This document shows positions 25,040 through 38,675 of a stretch of 64,000 bases of DNA, piece by piece. Source of the DNA: Octopus sinensis (lineage: Eukaryota); contig NC_043003.1 in the NCBI RefSeq assembly GCF_006345805.1, positions 15,500,001 to 15,564,000 on the forward strand. The letters are read 5' to 3'. The notes beneath the pieces were generated by a model. The model searched no databases. It was not told the DNA's origin and was given only the letters and a program-made list of their open reading frames with translations. The position numbers and the translations under genes were made by a program. How positions within the stretch are numbered: position 1 is the first letter of the stretch; every line of letters begins with the position of its first letter.

Positions 25040-25226
25040 TGGAATGACCCAGTGGTTAGGGCAGCGGACTCGCTTTGCAATCACGTGGTTCCGAGTTCAG
25101 TCCCACTGCACGGCACCTTGGGTAAACGTCTTCTACTTAGCTCCGGGTCGACAAAGTGTCTTATGAGTGAATCTGGTAATCAGAAATTGGGTTAACCCAT
25201 CGTACACATACACACACACACGCACA

Positions 25227-25286
<60 letters not shown>

Positions 25287-25420
25287 CATGTATTTGTGTG
25301 TTTGTGTCTGTGTTTATCTCCCCCACCATCGCTTAACTTAACACTTCAGCAAATGAGAGGAGTCAATTTGTTCGACTAAAATCCCTTAATGGCGTGCTCC
25401 AGCATGGCTGCAGTCAAAAT
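25040..25420 (+). mobile_element. Degenerate SINE family A body with a family C-like head
   Basis: ATGACCCAGTGGTTAGGGCAGCGGACTCGC (family C) joined to GGTTCCGAGTTCAGTCCCACTGCACGGCACCTTGGG (family A). Confidence 0.65.
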
Positions 25421-25851
25421 GGAGGCAAAGTGTGTGTGTGTATCTTTGTTCGTCCTTACTCCCGTTTGACAACCAGTGTTGGTTTGTTTACGCCCCCGTA
25501 ACTTAGCGTTTCGGCACGAAACCAATCGGATAGAGAAAGTATCAAACTTAAAAATCAAGTACTGCTCGACTAAACCCTTCAAGCTGCGACCCAGCATGGC
25601 CTCAGTCCAAAGGACTGACACAAGTGAAAGATGAAATGATAAAAAAGATATGAAATTGTTAATAAACCGTCGCGTGTACAGAGAGCAACAAAAATCAATA
25701 CGAAGACCCACATATTCATTCTCAATACATTCCGGTAGATTCGAACGTGAATATGCTAATCGCTAACCTTTCACACAATTTATGTCCACAAGACACTCAA
25801 CTAAATAAAGGAACGTAATTTTGAGACACTAGAGTGTATCTCTTCCCTCAA

Positions 25852-25990
25852 TATTCTGCCGAGGTCGACTTTGCCTTTCATCCTTTCGGGGTCGATAAAT
25901 TAAGTACCAGTTGCGTACTGGGGTCGATCTAATCGACTGGCTCCTTCTCCACCCCAAAATTCAGGCCTTGTGCCTAGGAGTAGAAAAGTA
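25852..25990 (+). mobile_element. SINE family B 3' part with terminal tail
   Basis: Central domain plus CAAAATTCAGGCCTTGTGCCTAG tail. Confidence 0.8.
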
Positions 25991-26445
25991 TATCTCTTCA
26001 ATCAAAACTAGATTTGGATCGATGAATCTGAAGAAGAATTTTGCCTCATGTTTATCTCAATCAATCTCTTATCTTTAAACTTTTATCTTCTGTCGTTTAT
26101 GTTTTTTACATTCTGTTTTATCTTTCACTTGTTTCAATTATTAGACCGCGGCCTTGCTGGGGCACTGCCCTGAAGAATTTTAGTCGAACGAATCGACCTC
26201 AGTACTTGCTTTTTTAAATCTTGTACTTGTTCTGACGGGGACGTAAAGTCAACACTGGATGTCCCGCAGCGGCGGGGAATAAATACAAGCACAAATACAC
26301 ACATACGACAAGATTCATTTAGTTTCTGTCTACTAAATCTACACACATGGCTTGGGACGGTGCAGGGCTATAATAGAAGAGACTTGCCTTGGGTGCAGTG
26401 GGAAACAGCCAACCCAGAACCACGTGCTTGGGAAGCAAGTTTCTT

Positions 26446-26860
26446 ATTTCTTTACTACCCACAAAGGGCTAACCATAGAGGGGACAAAGAAGGACAGAGA
26501 AAGGGATTAAGTCGATTACATCGACCCCAGTGTATAACTGGTACTTAATTTATCAACCCTGAAAGGATGAAAGGCAAAGTCGACCTCGGCGGAATTTGAA
26601 CTCAGAACGCAAAGGCAGACGAAATACCTATTTATTTACTACCCACAAGGGGCTAAACACAGAGAGGACACACAAGGACAGACAAACGGATTAAGTCGAT
26701 TACATCGACCCCAGTGCGTAACTGGTACTTAATTAATCGACCCCGAAAGGATGAAAGGCAAAGTCGACCTCGGCGGAATTTGAACCCAGAACGTAACGGC
26801 AGACGAAATACTGCTAAGCGTTTCGTCCAGCGTGCTAATGTTTCTGCCAGCTCGCCACCT
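26446..26860 (-). mobile_element. SINE family B dimer nested in a degenerate family A copy
   Basis: Two units head-to-tail; family A remnants on both sides (about 26110-26445 and 26860-26905). Confidence 0.85.
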
Positions 26861-27526
26861 TAAGAAACTTGCTTGGGGAACAAGTTTCTTACCACCCAGT
26901 CACACCTGTCGGAAACATACATTGTCTGAAAGAAGGACAAATTGTCTTTTCACACGACGTGTGTAAACAACACGACTTTTTGAGGGAAGTTGGGCATTAA
27001 GACACCCCTGTGTTTCAACCTGATCGTTGCTCTTCAGTTAAAGTTATCTTCGGTTCAATGAATTTAAACAAGAATTTTGTTTTCCAGTTTTCTATACTTT
27101 CTGAATTTATGCAATCCGGATAAATAGTCCAAAATCTGTAAAAAAAAAAAAAAAATCAAAATGTTATCTGCTAGAATTTCACTTAGAACCGAGAAGTTAA
27201 TCATAAAATGAATCACTAATAATGATTTGAAACTAATCTTTAAGAAGGACACGCAATGTTAATAAGAACTGACATTGATCTTACGTAATTAAGATAAAAT
27301 ATCAAAAAGTGATTCTTCGCAGAAATAGTCTAGTGCTTTACGGAATTACGTTTCGCTTCTCTGAAGTGTTTTGTTCGAAATAATGCCAAATTGCTCTTCG
27401 TCAGATCGGGGTTTCGATTTCCAAACTGGACGGTGCATTGTTTTGAGGAAGATACATCAATTCATTCTGTTCCAGTCCATTTAACTGTAAACCCAAACTA
27501 GACGGTGCAGTGTTTTTGAGCAAGAT

Positions 27527-27934
27527 AGGCGCAGGAGTGGCTGTATGGTAAGTAGCTTGCTTACCAACCACATGGTCCCGGGTTCAGTCCCACTGCGTAG
27601 TACCTTGGGCAAGTGTCTTCTACTATAGCCTCTGGCCGACCAAAGCCTTGTGAGTGGATTTGGTAGACAGAAACTGAAAGAAGCCCGTCGTATATGTATA
27701 TATGTATATATGCATGTGTGTATATGTTTGTGTGTCTGTTTGTCCCACCAGCATCGCTTGACAACCGATGCTGGTGTGTTTACGTCCCCGTAACTTAGTG
27801 ATTCGGCAAAAGAAACCGATAGAATAAGTACTAGGCTTCCAAAGAATAAGCTCTGAGGTCGATTTGCTCGACTATAAAGGCGGTGTTCCAGCATGGCCGC
27901 AGTCAAATGACTGAAACAAGTAAAAGAGTAAAAG
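27527..27934 (+). mobile_element. SINE family A, full length
   Basis: Head, B box, CORE-like motif and tail intact. Confidence 0.9.
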
Positions 27935-28425
27935 ATTGAGATACGTCAATTCATGTTGCTCCAGTTCACTCAACTGTAAATGAGTTACTCTGCGAGGGAC
28001 TGGCGTCCCGTCCAGGGTGAGTATTATGAACTCGGTCACGTACGCGTTATGGATACTGGGTAATAAGCCCTATGAGTCCTACCACACGAGACAGTACTTA
28101 TCTTAGATTCATTCCGTAGGGGGGTGAATATTTGCAGTATTAGTTCCGGTATCTATGCTTTGATTTGAAATCCCGCCTGCGCCAACGTCATCTTTTCTTT
28201 TTCCAGGGTCCCAAAATCCTCCCAAAACCGTAAAGTACTTGTCAATTAATGAAGTCGATTCTTCCTATTCATTCACTCATTCATTTTTCCTACTCTTTTG
28301 TCTCTTTCTACTTTGGAATCCGTCACATGGCGTTCCGTGTAAGATCGTTGCAGACCATTTAAAATGTCTCTTCCACAAGAGATGGAGAATGGCTGAATGA
28401 AACGTTTACAGTATCTAACAGAGAT

Positions 28426-28720
28426 CAAACCCGTATCTCCTTCATCTCTTCTTAGGCAGAAACTAACAAAATCCCCGTTTCTGTGGAAGTTTCCAGTTCA
28501 TGTAGATTTTATAGTCTACAGAGGGACAGATCAGTCAAGTACCTCAAATGCTTGAATCAGCACTGGTACTGCAAATGCATTGTGGGTTATTATCTTGTAA
28601 TAAGAGGTGGGTTCCAACTTCATCAGGTTTCAAAGTCTGGAATAATATTCTCGGATCGCTCTATTTTTATTCACAGCTCTTTCTTATTTTTTACCCTTTT
28701 ACTTGTTTAAGTGATTTGAC
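28426..28720 (+). repeat. About 295-bp segment repeated in inverted orientation at 33407-33702
   Basis: For example CAAACCCGTATCTCCTTCATCTCTTCTTAGGCAGAAACTAACAAAATCCCCGTTTCTGTGG versus its reverse complement ending at 33702. Confidence 0.9.
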
Positions 28721-28911
28721 ATGTGGACCTTCAAAGGGCGGCATGATGAGCAGTGCAGTACGCAACGGTAACAGCAGCAGCAGTAACAACAACAACGACA
28801 GACGCAACAACAACAACAACAGCAGCAACAACAACAGCAACAACAGCAACGGCAACAGTAACAATAATATCAATAACAACAACAACAACGGTTGCTTCTA
28901 AAATTAGATTC

Positions 28912-29100
28912 AAATTTTGGCACAAAGCCAGCAATGTTGAGAGAAGGGTAAGTCGATTACGTCTCCCCCTTTGCTTCACTGGTACTTTTTTTATCGACCC
29001 TGAATGGTAACGTGGACCTCGGCAGAATTTGAACTCAGAACGTAAGGAAGGACGAAATGCCGCTAAGCATTTCGCTAACGATTCTGCCAGCAGGCTGCCT
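28912..29100 (-). mobile_element. Older, degenerate SINE family B-related copy
   Basis: ATCGACCC...GACCTCGGCAGAATTTGAACTCAGAACG homology. Confidence 0.65.
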
Positions 29101-29741
29101 TAGTTGTTTCTACTGATCCAAAGCTGCAAATTTGAGGTGTACATAAGAGAGAATTTGTGGACACTGAGGACCCAGGTACTTAAGTGATTCTCTACTTTAT
29201 CGAACCCGGGAAAATGAAACGCAAATTTGACCCCAGTTTGGAGGGGAAGATGGCAGAAACTGTACTGCATCAGACAAAATTACTTTTTGAATTCAAATCC
29301 ATTAAAGTAGCCTTAAAAATCGATAAAATAAGAATCAATCAAACTCTTGTATCTATTCTATCGATTATATTCCTTCTCTTTAGTTGTTTCATTTATCGCA
29401 CTGCGGCCATGCTGGAGCACTGTTGAAATGTTTAATCGAACAAATCGACAAAAGTACTTGCGTTTTTCTTTAAAAAAAAAACAACCTTAGTACTTATTCT
29501 ATCGATTTCTTTTCCCGAACCACTAAGCTACGAAAACGTAAATGAACCACGAAGCACAAACACAATAACTCACAGACATTCATATACGATGGACTTCCAT
29601 TTAGTTTCCGTCAACCAAAATCACTCACAAGGCATTGGTTGTCACAAGGTGCTGCGGAGTGGAATTGAACCGAAACCATGTGGTTGCAAGGGGAGCGTTT
29701 TAACCACACAACCATGCCGTAAAATTTGGATCAAAATTAAA

Positions 29742-30068
29742 TAAAGACCCCTTCGTTCATGAATGACCATAGGATTGAACGTTCGCCTCTTTGGCACAAA
29801 TCTGGGCAAGGTTGTTTATGGGAGTCAACCAGTCGCCCGTGCATACCAGCCTCCCTCCCTACATACCACTGATGTTATCCAAGGAAAAGGTAAAAGCTGA
29901 TATAGATTGGCACCAGTGAAGTCGCAACTCATTTCCACAGCTGAGTGAACTGGAGCAACATAAAATAAAGTGTATTGCTCAAGAACACAACACACAGCCC
30001 GGTCTGGGAATCGAACGCACTAACGCATGATTGTAAGCCCGACGCTCTAATCACTGAACCATGCGCCT
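29742..30068 (-). mobile_element. SINE family D (tRNA head plus CORE domain)
   Basis: Minus strand GGCGCATGGTTCAGTGATTAGAGCGTCGGGC...GTTCGATTCCC...TTGAGCAATACACTTTATTTTATGTTGCTCCAGTTCACTCAGCTG; homolog at 61824-62137. Confidence 0.85.
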
Positions 30069-30950
30069 TCACTATAAAGAGTAAAGACCCACTTCGCTCA
30101 TGAATGACCATAGGATAGCACTTTGTTAAATAACACATATATTTAGCAGAGCGCATCGTTGATCAAAAAATTTAAACACCATTTTCGACACCCGTTTAAA
30201 ACAAACATTTCATATTTGAATAGCCATGTTAACGGGTTGAACCTCGCAACTTTCAAATTGTCAATTTGTAATGTCTGTTTAAACTACGGGGGGTTTGTAG
30301 TGAATAAATAGAAATGGGTATAATAATCTTATTATTACATATATTTATCTATTATCCTGCAATATTATCTACAAAACTGTACACTTGTTGATATTCTAGA
30401 AGCAAGGTAATATATAATTATATCATATATATGCAATAATATATATATATATATAGGTATATATATATATATATATATATAGTATATAATATGTGTGTGG
30501 TGTGTGGTGTGGATATATATGTATATATATATGTATATATGTATATATATATGTAAATATATAGTATATATGTATATATATATGTATATATGTATATATA
30601 TATGTAAATATATATGTATATATGTATATATATATATGTATATATGTATGTATATATATATATATGCATACATATATATATGCATACATATATATACATA
30701 TATACATATATATTTACATATATATATATATACGTATGTATATACATATATATATATATATACATTCATATGTGTATATTTACATATATACATATACTTC
30801 TATGCATATATGTTTATACGTACATACATACATACATATATATATACACGTACTTATATATGCATTTATGCATGTATACAAACATATATAAACATCATTA
30901 TGAGGAACATGATCATCATATATACATATACATACATATATGTATGTACG

Positions 30951-31038
<88 letters not shown>

Positions 31039-31759
31039 TATATGCATACACAGAAAGACACTCACGGAGAGAACAAAAACACATACACGTACCAAATGAA
31101 GAGCAAATTATCTATAAAGTTCGAAAAAACATACAATGAAATAATTAACTTACAAAGCCTTACATTACCAACGTGAAAGTTTATATAAGCGACGGAAAAA
31201 GATGTACAAATGCAGGTTTTTTTTAAAGAAATCAAATTTGCAGTGGATTCAGTCACAGCAGAATTATAATCCCATCAAGACATTTTTTTTTTATAGAATA
31301 CTCCTTTTTTATATTTTCTCGTTATTCAATTCAACAGAGGATGCAATGGCGGATATTTATTTCAAATCTTTAGAAAAGATAACTAGTGATCATATATTTT
31401 ATGCCTGCTTATTTAAAATTCCAGATCGCAAATGCAGTAAGATTTTAGTTTTAAAAAATGTAAAGGAATCTTCATTGACAAACAAACATTGAGATTTAAT
31501 TATTTTCCCGCTATCATTGATTATTTTCCAGTTTGTTGTCTTCCATGAAATATTCTATCTTGGATAAATACTTTCATTCAGATATCTCATAAAAATATTT
31601 TCTCAAGTTACAAAACGGGATTATTATTTTTTATTTAAGTGTCACAGGATTTGAATTTCACAGAATTTAATCAATATGGTAATATATTAGTGAATATATT
31701 TTTCTTTTCAGAAACAAAATTATTTACTAAAAAAAAGAAACATTGTTTATAAACATCAT

Positions 31760-32090
31760 TCTCGTTAGCCTCCTCTTCTTCTTTCCCTTTCTCTTGTTCT
31801 TCCTCTTTCTCCTCCTCCTATTCTTTCTCTTCGTCTTCTTTCTTCTCTTCTTCTTTCTCCTCCTCCTCTTCTCCCACCTCCTCCTCTTCTTCTTCCACCT
31901 CCTCCTCTTCTTCTTCCACCTCCCCCTCTTCTTTTTTCACCTCCTCCGCCTCATTTTTATCCTCATCTTCCTCCTCCTCCTCCTCATTATCATCTTCTTT
32001 CTCCTCCTCCTCTTTTTCCACCCCTCCTCTTCTTCCACATCCTCCTCGTCGCCGAACTCCTCCCCGTCCTCATCATCATCTTCATTGTCA
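31760..32090. repeat. Pyrimidine-rich (CTT/CTC) low-complexity tract
   Basis: Directly visible. Confidence 0.9.
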
Positions 32091-32210
32091 CCGTTAACGT
32101 CGTCGAATATATACGTCCCATGACTTAGCGGTACGGCAAAAGAGTCTGATAGAAAAAGTACCTGGCTTAAAACAAATATGTATACGACGGAACAAGTAAA
32201 AAATATAATC

Positions 32211-32638
32211 TTTTCTATTCTAGGCACAAGACCCGAAATTTTTGAGGAGGGTGGCCAGTCGATTATATCGACCCCAGTGCGTAACTGGTACTTATTTAAT
32301 CGACGCCGAAAGGATGAAACGCAAAGTCGACTTCAGCGGAATTTGAAATCAGAACGTAAAGACCGACGAAATTCCGTTAAGCATTTCGCATACCATGCTA
32401 ACGTTTCTTATTTCTTTATTGCCCACAAAGGGCTAAACATAGAGGGGACAAACAAGGACAGTTAGAGGGATTAAGTCGATTATATCGACCCTAGTGTGTA
32501 ACTGGTACTTAATTTATCGACCCCGAAAGGATGAAGGCAAAGTCGACTTCGGTGGAATTTGAACTCAGAACGTAAAGACCGACGAAATTCCGCTAAGCAT
32601 TTCGCCCAGCATGCTAATGTTTCTGCCAGCTCGCCGCC
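32211..32638 (-). mobile_element. SINE family B dimer with terminal tail
   Basis: Two units, the downstream one re-entering within the head (GAAACGTTAGC), plus the CTTGTGCCTAGAATAGAAAAG tail. Confidence 0.85.
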
Positions 32639-32986
32639 TTAAGTAAAAACTATAATACAAGAAGATGGGATGAACAGGTTTCAATCCAAATCACTATAGT
32701 TGTTTCTGTGCTTTAGCATCAGTTGGTAATTGCTGTGTGTTTCACGTATTATACGCATTAGTGCCTTGACATGATCTAATAATAGTTATGTACCTGCACA
32801 TCTTCAGGCGAGTGGGTTCGAGAGCAGCGCTCTCGAAGCCACCACCTGAAGACGTGCAGGTATTTTACTGTTGAACGTAGAAAATCAGTACTCCAGACCC
32901 ACACATCGGTGCATCAAGGGTCTTTCCATCTCTCCTGTTCGATCCAAAAAGAGCCACAAATATCTAAAAATTAAAGAAAACATCAC

Positions 32987-33163
32987 AGGCGCAGGAGTGG
33001 GTGTGTGGTAAGTGGCTTGCTTACCAGCCACATGGTTTCGGGTTCAGTCCTACTGCGTACCATCTTGCAAATGTCTGGTACTATAGCCTCGGGCCGACAA
33101 AAGCCTTGTTAGTGGATTTGGTAGACGAAAAATTAATACATACATACATATACATATATATTA

Positions 33164-33222
<59 letters not shown>

Positions 33223-33440
33223 GTATGTATGTGTATAAGTTTGTGTGTCTGTGTGTTTGTCCTCTCAACATCGCTAGATAATCGATGTTGGTGTGTTTAC
33301 GTCCCATAACTTAGCGGTTCGACAAAAGACACCGATAGAACAAGTACTAGGCTTACAAAGAATAAGTTCTTTGCTCGACTAAAGGCGGTGCTCCAGCATG
33401 GCCGCAGTCAAATGACTTAAACAAGTAAAAGACTAAAAGA
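32987..33440 (+). mobile_element. SINE family A, full length
   Basis: Family A head through tail. Confidence 0.88.
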
Positions 33441-34296
33441 ACAGGTAAGTGCTTTGAATGAAATTAGAGCGCTCCGAGAATATTATTCCAGACTTTGAAA
33501 CCTAAGGAATTTGGAACCCTCTTCTTATTACAAGATAATAACCCACAATGCATTTGCAGTACCAGTGCTGATTCAAGCATTTGAGATACTTGACTGATCT
33601 GTCCCTCTGTAGACTTTAAAACCTACACGAACTGGAAACTTCCACAGAAACGGGGATTTTGTTAGTTTCTGCCTAAGAAGAGATGAAGGGGATACGGGTT
33701 TGAGATCAGCACAGGCAGCCCTAGAATGCCGTATAGTATCTCTCTGAAAGCACCTGTTAGATAACAGCAGTCAAAATATATAAACTAATTGTTGAAAAGC
33801 GAAGAATACAAAATTCTGTGTTGGTATTGAGCACCACAGGAAGACCTCTCTTTCTGATGACCTATAGTACAATCCCAAAACATATCTCGAAGAAGGCTTC
33901 AAAGAAGACCCGGATATGAAACGCTCAGTATATTAAAAAAATAGGTTATGCACAGGTATCTTAGCCGAAGATTTAAAAAATATATAACATCAACATAAAG
34001 TGAAGCGTCTGTTGTGTTCGAGACCGCTACATCACATCAGACTTCGAAGACTATTCATTTGCAAACGAAGAACAAGTGATTGCTACAAAATATCTAGTTA
34101 ACAAAAGAGACAGCAAAACCCTTGGAGCCACAAAATGCAACCCAAAAGGTAGATTATGTTATGTTTCCGTGGAAGGCATCGCGTTTGTCATTAGCAGCTG
34201 TCGAAATTGTCACCTAGGTATTACCTCCCTATGCGACACGACGTTATCGATAAAACAATATACAATACTATTCGAAAAAAAAAAAAGAAAAAGCAT

Positions 34297-34437
34297 TGTG
34301 TTAAGTAGCTTGCTTACGAACCACATGGTTCCGGATTCAGTCCCACTGCGTGGCACCTTGGACAAGTGTCTTCTACTATAGCCTCGGGCCGAAGCTTTGT
34401 GAGTGGATTTCGTAGACAGAAACTGAAAGAAGCCCGT

Positions 34438-34484
<47 letters not shown>

Positions 34485-34680
34485 TTGTCTGTGTTTGTTC
34501 CCCCAACATCGCTTGACAACTTATGTTGATGTGTTTACGTCCTTGTAATCTAGCGGTTCGGCAAAAGAGACCGATAGAATAAGTACTAGGCTTACAAAGA
34601 ATAAGTCCTGGGGTCGATTTGCTCGACTAAAGGCGGTGTTCCAGCATGGCCACAGTAAAATGACTTAAACAATTAAAGAG
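34297..34680 (+). mobile_element. SINE family A (head slightly truncated)
   Basis: B box, CORE-like motif, internal microsatellite and tail. Confidence 0.88.
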
Positions 34681-34816
34681 TATTCCAACGATGAAGATTT
34701 GTATCCTTGCTAGAAACCAATTCCTTCCTCAGGGGAAGAATTCCAATTACTAAAAACAGGGGAGAATATGAATGCATAAACACGTACATACGTTCGTACG
34801 CACACACACACACACA

Positions 34817-34847
<31 letters not shown>

Positions 34848-35426
34848 CGCACATGCACATACACATGCATATAAATATAGATATCGCACATCTTGGAGAT
34901 TTAAGTTATATTTGGATGGACAGTGTAAATAATTCACGAAGCTGTTTAAATATTTCATACTTAGACACATTCATAATTACCGTGGAACAACAAAAACTAT
35001 CTAGTAATTATGAATCTACTAAAATTATTTTCTTGCTGACGTTAAAGAAAAAAAAAAAACTTAAAATTCATATATTGAAAAAAAGCAAAAAAAAAAAAGC
35101 AAACAAGAAACAGAAAGCAAATAAAAATAATTAATTTCAGGTAATTTATTATCAAAATATTTAACAACATAGTAAAATTCACCCTAGCAGACGTATAACA
35201 TCAACGATATTATCAACAAGCTAATACGAAAATAATAATTAAACACGAATATATAATAATAGATATCAAGCAAGAAATATGTCTGAACTGTCTTTCACTT
35301 AGATAACATGAACTGTGGCATAGATATCTGATACTTTGCTCATTTGCAAATGAATGATCTAATGACAGTAGATTATAATAAACATATTAAAAGGATATGT
35401 TATATAATGTTATATAATGTGATATA

Positions 35427-35832
35427 GGCAGCGAGCTGGCAGAAACGTTAGCACGCTGGGCGAAACGCTTAGCCGTATTTCGTCTACCGTTACGTTCTGA
35501 GTTCAAATTCAGCCGAGGTCGACTTTGCCTTTCGTCCTTTCTGGGTCGATAAATTAAGTACCAGTTACGCACTGGGGTCGATGTAATCGACTGAATCCCT
35601 TTGTCTGTCCTTGTTTGTCCCCTCTGTGTTTAGCCCCTTGTGGGTAGTAAAGAAATTGGTATTTCGTCTGCCGTAACGTTCTGAGTTCAAATTCCACCGA
35701 GGTCGACTTTGCCTTTCATCCTTTCGGGGTCTATAAATTAAGTACCAGTTACGCACTGGGGATCGACTGAATCCCTTTGTCTGTCCTTGTTTGCACCCTC
35801 TATGTTTAACCCCTTGTGGGTAATAAAGAAAT
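35427..35832 (+). mobile_element. SINE family B dimer
   Basis: Head plus two units joined at GAAATTG|GTATTTCG. Confidence 0.88.
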
Positions 35833-35862
35833 ATATATAATGTGATATATAATGTAATATGT

Positions 35863-36162
35863 GGAGGCACATGGCCTAGTGGTTAGAGCAGAGGACTCGC
35901 GGTCGAGGAATCACGGGTTCGAATCTCAGACCGGGCGATGCGTGTGTTTATGAGCGAAACACCTAAGCTCCATGCGGCTCCGGCAGAAGGTAATGGCGAA
36001 CTTCTGCTGACTCTTTCGCCACAACTTTCTCTCACTCTTTCCTCCTGCATCTTGCAGCTCACCTGCGACGGATCGGGGTCCCGTCCGAGTGGGGAACCTA
36101 TACGCCAAAGAAATCGGGAAACCGGCCCTTATGAGCCAGGGGTGGCTCGAGAAGGAACAAAC
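35863..36162 (+). mobile_element. SINE family C-related subfamily, full length
   Basis: GGAGGCACATGGCCTAGTGGTTAGAGCAG...GGTTCGAATCTCAGACCGGGCG head and GAAACCGGCCCTTATGAGCC tail. Confidence 0.85.
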
Positions 36163-36404
36163 ATAATGTGATATAATATATAAGAAACTATCTTTGTTTT
36201 AGTAATACAAAAAAAATGTGTATTGCCAATTGTCACATAGAAATATATACGTACACACACTCACGCGCGCGCGCGTGCACACACACACACACACACACAA
36301 ACAAACACAAACACACACACAAACACACCCACACACACGCGCGCATACACACAGTCACCTTGATTGACAGCTAATTCCAAAAGAGTTTTATTCCCTCTTA
36401 TTTA

Positions 36405-36565
36405 TTCTCTTTCAGTTTATTTCATCGTGTTCCTTTTCTGCTGAAGAGCATAGGCTCGAAACGTAAAAGACTTTCTCACCTTCCCAAGCGTCAAACTAAT
36501 ACACCTGTTTGTTGTTTATACATCTGCCTTCGTCTTTTATTTTTCTGTAAATTCCTGTAAATGTA
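36405..36565 (+). mobile_element. PLE-like terminal repeat fragment (family P5) with variant HHR motif
   Basis: CTTTT-CTGCTGA-A-GAGC-ATAG-GCTC-GAA-ACGT-A-AAAG at 36433-36469; ends in (TA)n. Confidence 0.65.
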
Positions 36566-37147
36566 TATATATATATATATGTGTGTGTGTATGTATATAT
36601 ACATACATATATATATATATATGTATGTATACATACATATATATATATACATACATACACACACACACATATATATATACACGCACGCACACATATATAT
36701 ATACATATATATATATACATATACACACGCATATATACATACACACATATACTTACAGGCGTGGTTGTATGGTAAGAAAGCTTCTTTCCAACCACCTGGT
36801 CTTATGGTTCAATCCCACTGCGTGGCAACTTGAGCAAGTGACTCCTTTTTAAACCTCGCGGGACTAAAGGATTGTGCGTGGATTCGGTAGACAGAAACTC
36901 TCCAAGCAAAAAAAGATGCAGACTGGTTTAAATGAGGAAGATGTATTCAAGAAGAACCTTGCTATTCTGTTTTCCAAGATTCCAGATGAGCCTATATCAC
37001 GCCAAGAAAGCCAAATTAGGGCAACAATATCAAAGTCCCTCATTCATCAAAAGTCAATCAAATAAGAAGGCCCATTGAAAATGTAATGATAATGGCGGTG
37101 CCCCTACATAGCTACAACTTTTGGTGTGAAATATATAAAAGAATAAA

Positions 37148-37740
37148 GGCGGCGAGCTGGCAGAAACGTTAGCACGCCAGGCGAATGCTTTTTTCGTCTG
37201 TCGCTACGTTCTGAGTTCAAATTCCGCCAAGGTCGACTTTGCTTTTCATCCTTTCGAGGTCGATTAAATAAGTAGCAATTACGCATTGGGTCGATATAAT
37301 CGACTTCATCCGTTTGTTTGTCCTTGTTTGTCCTCTCTGTGTTTAGCCCCTTGTGGGTAGTAAAGAAATAAAAATAGGTATTTCGTCTGCTATTACGTTC
37401 TGAGTTCAAATTCCGCCGAGGTCGACTTTGCCTGTAGGGGGTCGATAAATTAAGTACCAGCTACGCACTGGGGTCGATGTAATCGGCTTAATCCATTTGT
37501 CTGCCATTGTTTGTCCTCTCTGTGTTTAGCCCCTTGTGGGTAGTAAAGAAATAGGTATTTCTTCTGCCGCTACGTTCTGAGTTCAAATTCCACCGAGGTC
37601 GACTTTGCCTTTCATCCTTTCGGGGTCGATAAATTAAGTACCAATTACGCACTGGGGTCGATATAATCGACTTAATCCATTTGTCTGTCCTTGTTTGTCC
37701 CCTCTGTGTGTAGCCCCCTTGTGGGCAGTAAAGAAATAAG
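37148..37740 (+). mobile_element. SINE family B trimer
   Basis: One head followed by three units; the second has an internal deletion. Confidence 0.88.
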
Positions 37741-38597
37741 AATAAAGGGATGCCTAACGATTCTGCTAATGCACCATCCATCTGCTGGTTTAAAATCAAA
37801 GAAGAATAGCAAGGCTGGTAAATACTGAGGTGCATCTCAAGTGACGGAGATCCACAAGATAAATAGATATAAAGTATTTGCGTCGGCATTTGTGAAAACA
37901 CGCAATGCATTTGACGGACACCAGTGTTACATGTACGTACTTGTAGAATCTGTTGTAATTAAATTGTGTGTTGGTAAAATAGAATATTTCTTCAGGCGTA
38001 AATCTTGCGTGAAGCTGGGGGTTACTCAAGCGTGACTCTCCAGCAACGTTGAAATAATTATACGAGACTCACTGGTGAGTGTGGCAGACTTATGTCAACT
38101 CACAGACATTTTAGGTCTGAGAAAATACTGCTGTACCAACACCCCCACACGCACACTGACACACACAAACACACACACACATCAACAAACACAGACACAT
38201 CCAGCAACAAACAAACAAACATACAGACGCATCAAAAACATACCCACCCATCAACTCATACACACACATACACTTCTGTTGTATGATTTACAGTAGATTC
38301 GAGGTTCAATTCCTCTATGGGAATTATATGAGTGTAAGTATGTATGCATACACATATGATATATGCATGTATGTATGTGCATGTATATGTATATGCATAT
38401 ATATAAATACGTGTGTGTGTATGCATGGAGGCGAACACCTATCTCTATGTGATCGGCTTGAAAACTTTGTTAAGGTACCTGGATATTTTCCTATTCTTAT
38501 GAACATGAAACCAATGGTAGCCTTATTTCACAAATAAAGAAATTATTAATCCACCGATGCAGTGTTGAGAACTCATTCCATCGTTCTACATTTACGT

Positions 38598-38629
<32 letters not shown>

Positions 38630-38634
38630 ATATA

Positions 38635-38669
<35 letters not shown>

Positions 38670-38675
<6 letters not shown>

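Noticed and set aside
31743-32227. Glu/Asp-rich or Leu/Phe-rich ORFs
   Set aside because: Low-complexity CTT/CTC tract partly running into SINE sequence; no splice or domain support.
33425-33455. Perfect splice donor CAG|GTAAGT at the end of a SINE tail
   Set aside because: No upstream acceptor or exon outside the SINE; likely chance.
37148-37740. Regular direct repeats resembling a CRISPR array or satellite
   Set aside because: Units are about 185-bp SINE bodies with Pol III B boxes and no unique spacers; eukaryotic context.
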